A stretch of DNA of 47,132 bases, taken from Chloroflexota bacterium. GTDB lineage: Bacteria; Chloroflexota; Limnocylindria; P2-11E. Shown piece after piece: positions 17,724-27,053 of this stretch. The DNA lies in contig JACPEQ010000018.1 in NCBI GenBank assembly GCA_016183435.1, positions 1 through 47,132 on the forward strand. The letters run 5' to 3'. The notes below the pieces were generated by a model. The model did no database searches and was not told the origin of the DNA. It saw nothing but the letters and a program-made list of their open reading frames with translations. Both the position numbers and the translations under genes were made by a program. How positions within the stretch are numbered: position 1 is the first letter of the stretch; each line of letters opens with the position of its first letter.

Positions 17724-18086
17724 ATGTCAGACGAGACCACCGAGTTCCCATTCCCATTCGACGTCACCGACGAAGAGCGCGCGACCGCGCGCTCCGAGTT
17801 CGGCAAGTACGCGCGCATCGTTTCGGAGGACAAGGAGGCGATCCGCTTCGAAGGCAGGGCGCTCGGGAAGACCGGGCCGATCTGGCGCTTCCAGTACCTC
17901 CGCATGTACCGGCTGCACAAAGGGTTCCTCGTCGCGGGCCACGAGCTCCGCGAGGGCATCAAGGTCTTCCAGGCCGACTCGGCCGAGGCGCTCCCGCGAT
18001 GCTTCGAGCACGAAGGCGTGGCCGAGTTCATCGAGGACGAGCTGCGCTACCGCGGCGTGATCGGGAGCGAGCACGCCCGAGCCTGA
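17724..18086 (+). CDS. hypothetical protein (120 aa)
   Basis: ATG start, coherent coding bias, no motif recognised. Confidence 0.55.
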   Translation: MSDETTEFPFPFDVTDEERATARSEFGKYARIVSEDKEAIRFEGRALGKTGPIWRFQYLRMYRLHKGFLVAGHELREGIKVFQADSAEALPRCFEHEGVAEFIEDELRYRGVIGSEHARA

Positions 18087-18177
18087 TCCCCGCCGGCCCG
18101 ATCCGGCCGCGCTCGCGCGCCGGCGGAAGGCACGGCGCGGCCCGAAGCGCGAGCCCATCGCCGACGAGCCGCCGCGC

Positions 18178-18555
18178 TTGCGCTGCGACAATCCACCGCC
18201 GCACGAGCTGACGCGGGCCATCGAGCAGTTCAACGCCGGCGAGCTCTTCGAGCAGCACGAGACGCTCGAGACGCTCTGGCGCGCGACGGACGCGCCCGTG
18301 CGCGGTCTGTATCACGGGATCCTGCAGATCGGGATCGGGATGCATCACTGGTCCAACGGCAACTTCCACGGGGCGACCGTCCTGCTCGCGGAAGGCATCG
18401 AGCGCCTGCGGCCGTTCGCGCCGTCGTGCCAGGGGGTGGACGTCGCGGCGCTGATCGCCGACGCCTCGGCGGCGCGCGAGGACCTGCTGCGGCTCGGCTC
18501 GGAGCGGATGAGGGAGCGCGACGCGCGGCGCACGCTGCGGGTGCGCGCGGCCTAG
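18178..18555 (+). CDS. DUF309 domain-containing protein
   Basis: FNAGELFEQHETLETLW...GLYHGILQIGIGMHH pattern of DUF309. TTG start. Confidence 0.7.
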   Translation: MRCDNPPPHELTRAIEQFNAGELFEQHETLETLWRATDAPVRGLYHGILQIGIGMHHWSNGNFHGATVLLAEGIERLRPFAPSCQGVDVAALIADASAAREDLLRLGSERMRERDARRTLRVRAA

Positions 18556-18884
18556 GAGCTCGGCGGGGTCTCCTCGACGGGCATGTCGACGGGCTTGAAC
18601 GCGGGCTGATCCCAACCGAGGAGCGTGTGCGGCGGCAGATTCAGCGCCTCGACGCCACGGAGGTCGGGGATGGCGTCCTTCAGCGCGCGCTCGATGCCGC
18701 TCTTCATCTGCAGCGAGAACACGAGCCGGTTCGGACCGGGGCGGGTGAGCCACAGGTGCACCTGGGCGATCCCGTCCTCCACGCCGAGCAGCTCGATGCT
18801 CGCCCCGGAGCGCTCGAGGTAGGGGCGCATCTCGTCCAGCCTCGCGGCGACGCGCTCCTTCAGATCGGCCATCGCGCCGATCAT
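18552..18884 (-). CDS. NifU C-terminal-like domain protein (lacks CxxC)
   Basis: Nfu-like layout (RPYLERSGASIELLGVEDGIAQVHL...MKSGIERALKDAIPDL), but no cysteine pair. Confidence 0.55.
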   Translation of the reverse strand: MIGAMADLKERVAARLDEMRPYLERSGASIELLGVEDGIAQVHLWLTRPGPNRLVFSLQMKSGIERALKDAIPDLRGVEALNLPPHTLLGWDQPAFKPVDMPVEETPPSS

Positions 18885-18931
18885 ACGGACGGAGGCGTCC
18901 CCGCGCCGCGGGTGGCAGCATAGACAGCCTC

Positions 18932-19717
18932 ATGTGCTACCCCCCGTCCGCACGGCCTCCGGAGATCCCCGCCGACCTACTGCGTCCCATCTCGGGCGGG
19001 GCGGGCGGCAGCGACGTGATCCTCACGAGCGAGGACGGCAACCGCTTCCGCGCGTACATCTCGCGCGCGCAGGACGGGGAAGGCGGTGTCGTCATCGCGC
19101 CTGACGTGCGCGGCCTGCATCCGTTCTACGAGGAGCTCGCCGAGCGCTTGGCGTCGGCCGGCGTGCACGCCATCGCGTTCGACTACTTCGGGCGCACCGC
19201 GGGGACCGACCGGCGCCCGCCGGACTGGGCGTACCAGGAGCACAACGCCAAGAACACGACGGGACAGATCCACGCGGACCTCACGACCGCCATCGGACAC
19301 CTGCGCGGCGCGACCGACGCGCGGAGCATCTACGTGATGGGCTTCTGCAAGGGCGGCCGCGTGGCGTTCAACTCGGCCGCCGAGCACAGCGGCATCGCCG
19401 GGGCGATCGGCTTCTACGGCTGGCCCACGCGGCGCTCGGACGAGGATCAGGGCGCTCCGGTCGACAACGTCGATCGGATGCACGTGCCGCTCCTGGGCCT
19501 CTTCGGCGGCGCCGACAAGGGCATCCCGCAGAGCGCGGTCGACACATTCGCGAAGGCGCTCGCTGGCCGCCGCGTGCGCCACTTCATCCACACGTATCCC
19601 GGCGCGCCGCACTCGTTCTTCGACCGCACCTTCGCGGAGCACAAGAACGAGTCCGATGACGCGTGGCGCCGGGTCTTGGGGTTCATCAGAACGGGGGATC
19701 CAGCGGCCCGCGCCTAG
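18932..19717 (+). CDS. dienelactone hydrolase family protein
   Basis: VVIAPDVRGLHPFYEELAERLASAGVHAIAFDYF and nucleophile motif GFCKGG. C-terminal YPGAPHSF. Confidence 0.8.
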   Translation: MCYPPSARPPEIPADLLRPISGGAGGSDVILTSEDGNRFRAYISRAQDGEGGVVIAPDVRGLHPFYEELAERLASAGVHAIAFDYFGRTAGTDRRPPDWAYQEHNAKNTTGQIHADLTTAIGHLRGATDARSIYVMGFCKGGRVAFNSAAEHSGIAGAIGFYGWPTRRSDEDQGAPVDNVDRMHVPLLGLFGGADKGIPQSAVDTFAKALAGRRVRHFIHTYPGAPHSFFDRTFAEHKNESDDAWRRVLGFIRTGDPAARA

Positions 19718-19728
19718 CGCCGATCGAG

Positions 19729-21723
19729 CTAGGAGACCCGCCTCCGCTTGTTGTCGACGTAGTCGATCAGCACGTACTCACCGAGCCGCTCCGGCTCGAC
19801 GTAGAACGCGCGCCCGTGGTTGATCTTGGACATCTGGTTCACGAAGTCCACCAGGTAGTGGCCGCGCGCGAGCATGAACGTGTTGATCGTGATGCCCTCG
19901 CGCGTGCAGCGGACCACCTCGCGCAGCGTTTCCTCGAAGGTGCGGCGCGCCGGCGGGTACGAGAACTTGGGACGCCCGTCCTCGAAGTGCGCGGTCGGCT
20001 CGCCGTCGGTGATGAGGATCACCTGCTTGTTCTTGCCGCGTGAGCGCGACAGCAGCGTCCGGGCGGTCTCGAAGGCGTGCTGCATGTTCGTCCCGTACAC
20101 GTACTCGTTCCACGTGAGCCGCGGGAGGTCCGCCGGCTTCAGCTGTGTCGCGTACGCCGAGAACCCGACGATGTAGAGGTCGTCCTTCGGGAACGTCGAC
20201 CGGATCAGCGAGTCGAGCGCGAGCGTGACCTTCTTCGCCGCGAGGAAGCACCCGCGGAAGAGCATCGACCGCGACACGTCCACGAGGATCGCGGTCGCCG
20301 ACTGCGTCATCAGCTCCGTGCGGTAGACCGCGAAGTCCTCCGCGGAGAGGCGCACCGGCGTGCCGGGTCCCCCGCGCATGACCGCGCCGCGCACGGTGCC
20401 CGGCAGGTCGAGCAGGAACGGGTCGCCGAACTCGTACGTCTTGAGGTCGTCCGTCGGGTCGCCGCCGCGGCCGCGATGGCGCATGCGGTGGCTGCCGAAC
20501 GCGTCGCGCTTCAACGTCGCGAAGATCTCCTCGAGCGAGCGCTGCCCGATCTTCCGGATGCCGCGCGGCGTGAGCTCGTAGCGCGGGCCGTCCTTCCGTA
20601 TGAGGCCCGCCTCCTCGAGCAGCTCCCACATGCGCTGGATCTCCTCCAGCGTCCGCCGCGCCTTCTTGCCGGCGAGGTGCTCGACCTCGGAGGGATCGAT
20701 GTCCTTCAGGTCGTCCGGGCCGCTCGCGACCCGCAGCTGGCCCTCGAGGTCGGTGAGGCGATCCATCTGCCGCATGAGCTCGAGCGCCTCGGCGAGCGAG
20801 ACCGGGTCGTCGCCGCTCATCTCGTAGCCGTGGCCGTCCATGGGCACCAGCTCGGAGAGCGTGTCGGCGAGGTCGCTCATGGCCTGCTGCAGCCCGGCGT
20901 CCTGGAACGCGGTGCCGAGCAGGTCCTCGAGCTGGTCGCGCATGTCCGACGGCATGCTCTGCCAGAGGGATCGCATCGCGGCCATGCCCGCGGCGATCTG
21001 GCGCGTGAGGTCGTCCCAGTCCTTCGCGCTGCCGGCGAGCTCGGGGTACTCGCGCTGGAACGCCTCGAAGTCCGGCTCGCCGCCCTCCATGCGCTCGCGC
21101 AGCGCCCTGTTGAGGTCCTTGATCATCCTCCTGGTGCGCTCGAGCTGCTCCGGAGTGAGGTTCTTCAGTGAGTCGCGCATGTTCGAGAAGTACGACCCCA
21201 GGACCTGCTCCTGCAGCATCTGCAGGAGCTCCTGGTACGCCTGCGCCGCCTTCGGCTCGACGAACTCGTAGTCCTTGAGGTCGCGGATCGCGCGGCCCAC
21301 GTCCGGAGGCAGCGCGTCGAGACGATCGATGCGCTCCTGGGCCATCCGCTGCATCGCCTCGTGCATCTCGGGCGTCGGCGCGTCCGCGTGCATGCGCCGC
21401 TCGAGGCCCTCGCGCTCGAGGCGCTTCACCTCGTCGAGCTTCTCGCGGAGCTGGTCGAAGATCTTGGACAGGCCGTGACGCTCGGCACGCTTCTGCCGCG
21501 CCGCGCGCATCCGCTCGATGAGGTCCTGGAATCCCTCCATGCGACCGGCCATGCCGAAGCGCGCCAGTCGCGCCATGGCCTCCTCGACGTCGGCGCCGGA
21601 CAGGAGCTCGTCGGCCATCGCGTTCAGCAGCTCCTCGGCCTCGATCGCGTCGAACCGCTGGGTGCCGTCCCATCTGCGGTATTTGATGGGCCCGAAGGCC
21701 TCGGGGAACGGCGTCTCGCTCAT
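19729..21723 (-). CDS. VWA domain-containing protein (long helical N-terminal region plus C-terminal von Willebrand A domain)
   Basis: 664 aa. MIDAS-type DVSRSM, later GTNMQHAF and ILITDGEPT. About 430 aa of acidic, helical-looking N-terminal sequence. Start is 1 nt after the upstream stop. Confidence 0.85.
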   Translation of the reverse strand: MSETPFPEAFGPIKYRRWDGTQRFDAIEAEELLNAMADELLSGADVEEAMARLARFGMAGRMEGFQDLIERMRAARQKRAERHGLSKIFDQLREKLDEVKRLEREGLERRMHADAPTPEMHEAMQRMAQERIDRLDALPPDVGRAIRDLKDYEFVEPKAAQAYQELLQMLQEQVLGSYFSNMRDSLKNLTPEQLERTRRMIKDLNRALRERMEGGEPDFEAFQREYPELAGSAKDWDDLTRQIAAGMAAMRSLWQSMPSDMRDQLEDLLGTAFQDAGLQQAMSDLADTLSELVPMDGHGYEMSGDDPVSLAEALELMRQMDRLTDLEGQLRVASGPDDLKDIDPSEVEHLAGKKARRTLEEIQRMWELLEEAGLIRKDGPRYELTPRGIRKIGQRSLEEIFATLKRDAFGSHRMRHRGRGGDPTDDLKTYEFGDPFLLDLPGTVRGAVMRGGPGTPVRLSAEDFAVYRTELMTQSATAILVDVSRSMLFRGCFLAAKKVTLALDSLIRSTFPKDDLYIVGFSAYATQLKPADLPRLTWNEYVYGTNMQHAFETARTLLSRSRGKNKQVILITDGEPTAHFEDGRPKFSYPPARRTFEETLREVVRCTREGITINTFMLARGHYLVDFVNQMSKINHGRAFYVEPERLGEYVLIDYVDNKRRRVS

Positions 21724-21724
21724 C

Positions 21725-23122
21725 TCAGCCGCGGAACGTGGACCGCGTCTCGCCGCGCTCCTTGTTGAGCTTCCGGTTGAGGTGCAGTCCCTCGAGGATG
21801 AACTCGACGGCGGCGGCGATGGCGGCCTGGTTCCCCGTGGCGCCGAGCTTCGCGACGGCGCCCTTCATGCCCGGGATCTGCAGTGCCTGCTTCACGTACT
21901 CGGTGCTCGGCAGCGACGACGACACGTGCATCGTCGCGCCGCGCTGGAACGCGCCGAGCAGCGCGTCGAACTCGGCGAGCGCGAAGGTCCGGTTGAACAC
22001 GTTCAGCACCGCGCGCTGGGTGAGGCGCTCGATGACCCGCTCCTCGGAGGTCTCACCGACGGACTCGAGCTCGATCTTCCCGGCCGTCGATGCGACGACG
22101 GCGGGCAGGTCGCTGATCCGCGGCACGACCGCGTTCTCACCGAGCCGGAGCGCACGCTTCAGCGCGTTGGACACGAGGTTCTCGTAGTTCGCGATGGTCA
22201 CGCGCACGGAGACGCCCGACCGCTGCGAGATCTCGGGCGAGCGCCGGGCGAGGTGGGAGAGCTCGGCGAGGACCTCCTTCATGTATGCCGGGACGGTCGT
22301 GGTGATGCCCTCGTCGACGTACTCGGAGCGCTCCTGCTCCATGATCCCGACCTCGGTCCCGATCTCATGCGGGTAGTGCGTACGGATCTGCGAGCCGAAG
22401 CGGTCCTTGAGCGGCGTGATGATGCGCCCGCGGTTCGTGTAGTCCTCGGGGTTCGCGGAGGCGACGACGAAGAGATCGAGCGGGAGCCGGACCTTGTACC
22501 CGCGGATCTGCACGTCGCGCTCCTCCATCACGTTGAGGAGGCCGACCTGCACGCGCTCCGCGAGGTCGGGCAGCTCGTTCAGCGTGAAGACGCCGCGGTG
22601 CGTGCGCGGGAGGAGCCCGTAGTGGATGGTCATCTCGTCGGAGAGGTAGCGGCCCTCCGCGACCTTGATCGGGTCGACCTCGCCGATAAGATCGGCGATG
22701 GAGATGTCCGGCGTCGCGAGCTTCTCGGTGTAGCGGCGATCGGGCGTGAGCCATACGAGCTCGACGGCGTCGCCGTCGTTCGCGATGCGATACCGGCAGG
22801 AGGCGCAGATCGGATCGAACGGCTCATCGTTGATCTCGCATCCGGCGATCGCCGGCACGGCGGCGTCGAGGAGCGACACGAGCGAGCGCGCGATGCGCGT
22901 CTTCGCCTGTCCCCGCTCGCCGAGCAGGATGACGTCCTGCCCGGAGAGGATCGCGTTCTCGATCTGCGGGATCACGGTGGCCTCGTAGCCGACGATGCCC
23001 GGGAACAGGGGCCGGCCGTCGCCGAGCGCCGCGATGAGGTTCGCGCGCATCTCCTCCTTCACCGAGCGCGTGCGGTAGCCCGTCTCGCGGAGCGCGCCGA
23101 TGGTCGTCGGTCGGTCGTTCAT
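21725..23122 (-). CDS. ChlI/BchI-like AAA+ ATPase
   Basis: 465 aa. Walker A GERGQAKT, Walker B-like VFTLNELPD, sensor region VVASANPEDY. Cys cluster CEINDEPFDPICASC. ATGA overlap with the upstream gene. Confidence 0.85.
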   Translation of the reverse strand: MNDRPTTIGALRETGYRTRSVKEEMRANLIAALGDGRPLFPGIVGYEATVIPQIENAILSGQDVILLGERGQAKTRIARSLVSLLDAAVPAIAGCEINDEPFDPICASCRYRIANDGDAVELVWLTPDRRYTEKLATPDISIADLIGEVDPIKVAEGRYLSDEMTIHYGLLPRTHRGVFTLNELPDLAERVQVGLLNVMEERDVQIRGYKVRLPLDLFVVASANPEDYTNRGRIITPLKDRFGSQIRTHYPHEIGTEVGIMEQERSEYVDEGITTTVPAYMKEVLAELSHLARRSPEISQRSGVSVRVTIANYENLVSNALKRALRLGENAVVPRISDLPAVVASTAGKIELESVGETSEERVIERLTQRAVLNVFNRTFALAEFDALLGAFQRGATMHVSSSLPSTEYVKQALQIPGMKGAVAKLGATGNQAAIAAAVEFILEGLHLNRKLNKERGETRSTFRG

Positions 23123-24024
23123 GCCTTATTCCATCCCTTCGCTCGGGGGGATCCCTCGCCCTTCACGCTCTCTCCGCGCCGCGCGGCCACCGCGGCACGG
23201 ACCGCCGGGATGGCGAAGATGCCGCGTTCGCCGAGATCCCGCAGATACGCGGCACGGACGTCCAGCTCCGCGCGCAGCTCGCCGACGTGGCCGCCGCGCC
23301 GCGCGCGGAGCAGCTCGAGCTGTGCGCTCTCGTCGTGCTCGTGCGCGTCGCGGTCGCCGTCCCATCCCACCAGCGGGACCAGGCTCACGCCGCCGCGCAG
23401 GTCGGAGCTGAGCCGATGCGCGGACACGACGCGGCGGGCGATGGGACCGTACGCCGTTCCGACGCGATACATGCGCATCACGAGGAGCAGGTCCACCCGC
23501 GCGAGATCCTCGGCGTCGACGCCGAGCTCGCCGGTGAGCTGAGCGACGGCCTCCTCCGCGCTGTCCGCGTGCAGCGTGGAGGCGAGCGCGTATCCGCGCC
23601 CGAGCGTGTGGAAGACCTCCACCGCCTTCGATCCCCACAGGTAGACCGGGAGGTGGCTGGACAGCTCGTTCGCCAGCAGGAGCGTCCGCCGCGGGTCGGT
23701 GTGGCGCAGGAAGTCGAATGTCTCGGCCCAGCCGCGCACGAAAACGCGGCACACGTCGGCCGGGAGGAGATCGAGGAACGCCGTGAGCGTCGTCGTCTTG
23801 CCCGAGTGGGGCTGCTCCGCGGCGATGAGGATGGATCCGTGCGCCTCGAGCACGAGCCAGCAGAGCGCGGCGGTGCGTGCGTCGAAGTTGCCGGCGGCGA
23901 GGAGCTCGGTGATCGACATCGGGACCGGCGGCTCCCAGCTCCAGCCCCACCAGCCGATCGGGACGTCGTAGTCCTCGGCCGAGAGCGGTCGCTCGCGGAC
24001 CTGATACGAGCGCGGTGCCTCCAT
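23119..24024 (-). CDS. stand-alone VirB11/PilT/CpaF-like secretion-type ATPase core
   Basis: 301 aa. Walker A AEQPHSGKTTTL, Walker B-like TLLLANELS, His-box-like ASTLHADSAEEAVAQL. Confidence 0.7.
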   Translation of the reverse strand: MEAPRSYQVRERPLSAEDYDVPIGWWGWSWEPPVPMSITELLAAGNFDARTAALCWLVLEAHGSILIAAEQPHSGKTTTLTAFLDLLPADVCRVFVRGWAETFDFLRHTDPRRTLLLANELSSHLPVYLWGSKAVEVFHTLGRGYALASTLHADSAEEAVAQLTGELGVDAEDLARVDLLLVMRMYRVGTAYGPIARRVVSAHRLSSDLRGGVSLVPLVGWDGDRDAHEHDESAQLELLRARRGGHVGELRAELDVRAAYLRDLGERGIFAIPAVRAAVAARRGESVKGEGSPRAKGWNKA

Positions 24025-24074
24025 CTACCGAGGCTAGCACCAGGACACCGCATTCCTACTAAAGTCAGGACCAA

Positions 24075-24362
24075 GTGAAAGAAGGGATCGAGCGAGGATC
24101 CGGATCTTCACCCCACGGATCCTCCGGATCCGCGGGGACCCCGGGTACGGCCGGGCCGAGCGAGTCCACAAGCAGCGGAGCGACCAGCCGCGAAGCGAGG
24201 CCGAAGGCCGAGCCGACGGCTATTGAACAGGACCAGCGCGACCCGGACGACCCGGCTCGCCTCGCGGACGAGGCGCGCGCCCTGACCGCGAAGTTCGCGG
24301 CGGACCTGCGCGCTGCGCAAGTGCCGATCGAGACCGAGCCGCCGACGGTGTACAAGCCCTGA
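24075..24362 (+). CDS. small protein with GatC/AtzG-like (DUF4089-like) C-terminus
   Basis: GTG start. Gly/Ser/Pro-rich N-terminus. The C-terminus LADEARALTAKFAADLRAAQVPIETEPPTVYKP resembles small amidase partner subunits. Its stop overlaps the amidase homology start. Confidence 0.45.
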   Translation: MKEGIERGSGSSPHGSSGSAGTPGTAGPSESTSSGATSREARPKAEPTAIEQDQRDPDDPARLADEARALTAKFAADLRAAQVPIETEPPTVYKP

Positions 24363-24412
24363 GCGCGTTCGCGACGATCGTCGAGCTCGCTGCGGCGCTG
24401 CGCGAGCGGCGC

Positions 24413-25807
24413 ATGAGCGCCGTCGAGCTCGCGACCGAGACGGTCGATCGCCTGGCGTCGCTCGGTCCGCGCTACAACGCGGTGGCGTCGCTGATGCGGA
24501 CGCGCGCGCTGCGCGAGGCCGCGGCCGCGGACCGCGCCATAGCCCGTGGCGACGCGCGCTCGCCGCTGCTCGGCATCCCGTATGGCGCGAAGGACCTCCT
24601 CGCCGCGCGCGGCGCGCCGACGACCTGGGGCGCCGCGCCGTACAGGGATCAGAAGCTTCGCTTCGACGCGACGGCGATCGCGAGGCTGCGCCGCGCGGGC
24701 GCCGTCCTCGCGGCGAAGCTCGCGATGGTCGAGCTGGCCGGAGGCGGGGGATACCGCTATCCGAGCGCGTCGCTGCAGGGACCCGGTCTGAACCCCTGGG
24801 ACGTCGGCCGCTGGGCCGGCGGATCGTCCAGCGGCAGCGCGGCCGCCGTCGCCGCGGGCCTCGTGCCGTTCGCCCTCGGGTCGGAGACGTCCGGATCGAT
24901 CGGCACGCCCTCCGCGTACTGCGGGATCACGGGCCTTCGTCCGACGTACGGGCTCGTCAGCCGTCACGGCGCGATGGCCCTCTCATGGACTCTGGACAAG
25001 ATCGGACCGCTGGCACGCACCGCGACCGACTGTGCGCACGTCCTCGCGGCCATCGCCGGGCCCGATGCGAAGGACGCGACGGTGAGCGGCAAGCGGTTCC
25101 GTCCGCTCTCGGCCGATGCGGCGCGCGACGCGATCGCCCGCGTCCGCGTCGGCTTCGCGGGTGACGAGCTCGAGCGCGCGGGCGACAGCGCGAAGCCCGC
25201 GATCATGCGCGGGATCGACGAGCTCCGTCGCATCGCGCCCACGTTCGTCGACGCGCGGCTGCCCGAGGACATCCCGTACGGGCCGATGGTCGCGACGGTG
25301 TACGGCGCGGAGGGGGCGACGATCTTCGCGGAGCTCATCGAGAGCGAGCGGCTCGACCTCATGCCCGACGCCCGCCAGAAGGCGGGGTTCCGCGCTGCGC
25401 TCGAGATCCGTGCGCGCGACTACCTCCAGGCGATGCGCCTGCGGACCGTGCTCGCCGCGAGGATGCGCGAGGTCTTCACGACGTGCGACGTCATCGTGTC
25501 CGCCGGCCGCACCGCGACGGCGACCGGCATCGACCAGCCGCTCGACTCGTCCGCCTTCCCGCCGGGGGCGTCCGCGGCCCGCGACACCGCCGCGCCGCCG
25601 CCGCGTCCGGGCAACCTCCTGCTCATCCCCGCCGGCAACCTCGCGGGCCTGCCCGCGATCTTCTTCCCGTGCGGGCTCGGGACCGACGGCCTGCCGGCGG
25701 GGCTCCAGCTCGTCGGTCCCCCGTTCTCCGAGCCGCTGCTGGTCGCGCTCGCTGAGGCCTACCAGCGCGAGACCGACCACCACCGGCGGCGGCCGCCGGC
25801 CGCGTAG
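24413..25807 (+). CDS. amidase (amidase-signature family)
   Basis: GGSSSGSAAAV and GSETSGSIGTPSAYCGITGLRPTYG signature. Typical N-terminal homology (LSAFATIVELAAALRERR) extends upstream to a CTG at 24359, so the true start may be 24359. Confidence 0.9.
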   Translation: MSAVELATETVDRLASLGPRYNAVASLMRTRALREAAAADRAIARGDARSPLLGIPYGAKDLLAARGAPTTWGAAPYRDQKLRFDATAIARLRRAGAVLAAKLAMVELAGGGGYRYPSASLQGPGLNPWDVGRWAGGSSSGSAAAVAAGLVPFALGSETSGSIGTPSAYCGITGLRPTYGLVSRHGAMALSWTLDKIGPLARTATDCAHVLAAIAGPDAKDATVSGKRFRPLSADAARDAIARVRVGFAGDELERAGDSAKPAIMRGIDELRRIAPTFVDARLPEDIPYGPMVATVYGAEGATIFAELIESERLDLMPDARQKAGFRAALEIRARDYLQAMRLRTVLAARMREVFTTCDVIVSAGRTATATGIDQPLDSSAFPPGASAARDTAAPPPRPGNLLLIPAGNLAGLPAIFFPCGLGTDGLPAGLQLVGPPFSEPLLVALAEAYQRETDHHRRRPPAA

Positions 25808-25865
25808 TCCATTTTCGATGCGCGGGAGCGCATCTGGACGCGTGATCGTCCGCTGGCTATACACG

Positions 25866-25950
25866 TCCCCCGGGCGCGCAGACCGAGACGCGAAGCGGCG
25901 AGGTCGAGCACCTGGGCCTGAGCGAGGGGTCTCCCCGAGCGAGGGTCGGA
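25866..25950 (+). repeat. repeat family 1, copy C (short form)
   Basis: tcccccgggcgcgcagaccgagacgcgaagcggcgaggtcgagcacctgggcctgagcgaggggtctccccgagcgagggtcgga. Confidence 0.9.
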
Positions 25951-25967
25951 ACAGGAGGGGGTGGCAC

Positions 25968-26555
25968 ATGGCCAGGATGACCTGGGCGATCCTTGCGTTG
26001 GCGAGCCTGGTCGCGGTCGCGTGCGCCGGAGGCGCGAACGTCGGACGCTCCTCGGCGACGCCGAACCCGGATCCCTATGACGAGTCGCCGACGTCGGTCG
26101 TCGCGAACGCGGCGATCATGAACAAGGACGGGAAGGTCGTCGGGCTCGCGAGCTTCCGCGAGACGCGCACGGGCGTCCGCGTCGAGATCAAGGTCACCGG
26201 CATGCCGCCGGGGCAGCATGGGACGCACATCCACGGCGTGGGCAAGTGCGACGGACCGGACTTCACCACCTCGGGCGGCCACTTCAACATCAACGACAAG
26301 ATCCATGGCGTCCCGGGCGCCGTGACCGCGCACGCCGGCGAGCTGCCGAACCTCGAGGTCGGCTCCAACGGTACGGGATCGCTCGTCTTCTACTCGCCGC
26401 ACCTCAGCCTGAACCGGGCCCAGTCGAACGGGCTCGCCTTCGGTCTCGGGACGGCGGTGGTCATCCACGCGCAGGAGGACGACTACAAGACGCAACCCGC
26501 GGGGAACAGCGGCGCGCGCATCGCCTGCGGGGTGGTCAGACTCGCGAATCCCTAG
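25968..26555 (+). CDS. sodC: superoxide dismutase [Cu-Zn], probable lipoprotein
   Basis: ATG 25968 after an AGGAGGGGG Shine-Dalgarno sequence. Signal peptide with LVAVAC. HGTHIHGVGKCD, GGHFN, HAGELPNL, VVIHAQEDD, RIACGVV. Confidence 0.9.
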   Translation: MARMTWAILALASLVAVACAGGANVGRSSATPNPDPYDESPTSVVANAAIMNKDGKVVGLASFRETRTGVRVEIKVTGMPPGQHGTHIHGVGKCDGPDFTTSGGHFNINDKIHGVPGAVTAHAGELPNLEVGSNGTGSLVFYSPHLSLNRAQSNGLAFGLGTAVVIHAQEDDYKTQPAGNSGARIACGVVRLANP

Positions 26556-26559
26556 CACG

Positions 26560-27033
26560 CTACGGAAGCGCGTCGCGTCCGTTGGGGGACTGCTGGAGAT
26601 CCGCTTCGACACGCTCGTTGCCCGTTGTGCCTTCCTCGGCAGTGAGGCGGAAGGCCATGTGGCGCCCCGCGATCGTGATCGTCGTGAGCATGAAGGCCGC
26701 GAACGGCGCGATCGCGACGAGCGTGAAGACGGTCGTCCCGCCGCTGAGGACCCGCTCGATGACGACCGTCGCCGCGTACCAGAAGGCGAACGTGAGCGAC
26801 GTCTCGCGGATGGGGAAGGTGATCGGGCTCCGCGGCGAGCGCCGCTGCGGCCGCCGCTCGGGCGGCAGCAGCGCCTCCTCCGCACGGCGCCGCCGCACGT
26901 CGCGTCGCATGAGCGCACCGACGGTCACGGCCGAGACCACGGTCAGCACGAGGTAGAACGCGACGCCGGCGGTGCTGCCGAACGAGAAGGACGCGATCGC
27001 GAACAGGAAAGACAGCATGGCGATCCCGCCCAA
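26560..27033 (-). CDS. hypothetical membrane protein
   Basis: Several hydrophobic segments (MLSFLFAIASFSF..., FAFWYAATVVI, VFTLVAIAPFAAFML). Follows glcF on the same strand. Confidence 0.55.
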   Translation of the reverse strand: MGGIAMLSFLFAIASFSFGSTAGVAFYLVLTVVSAVTVGALMRRDVRRRRAEEALLPPERRPQRRSPRSPITFPIRETSLTFAFWYAATVVIERVLSGGTTVFTLVAIAPFAAFMLTTITIAGRHMAFRLTAEEGTTGNERVEADLQQSPNGRDALP

Positions 27034-27053
27034 GACGACAGAGACCGCGCGCG

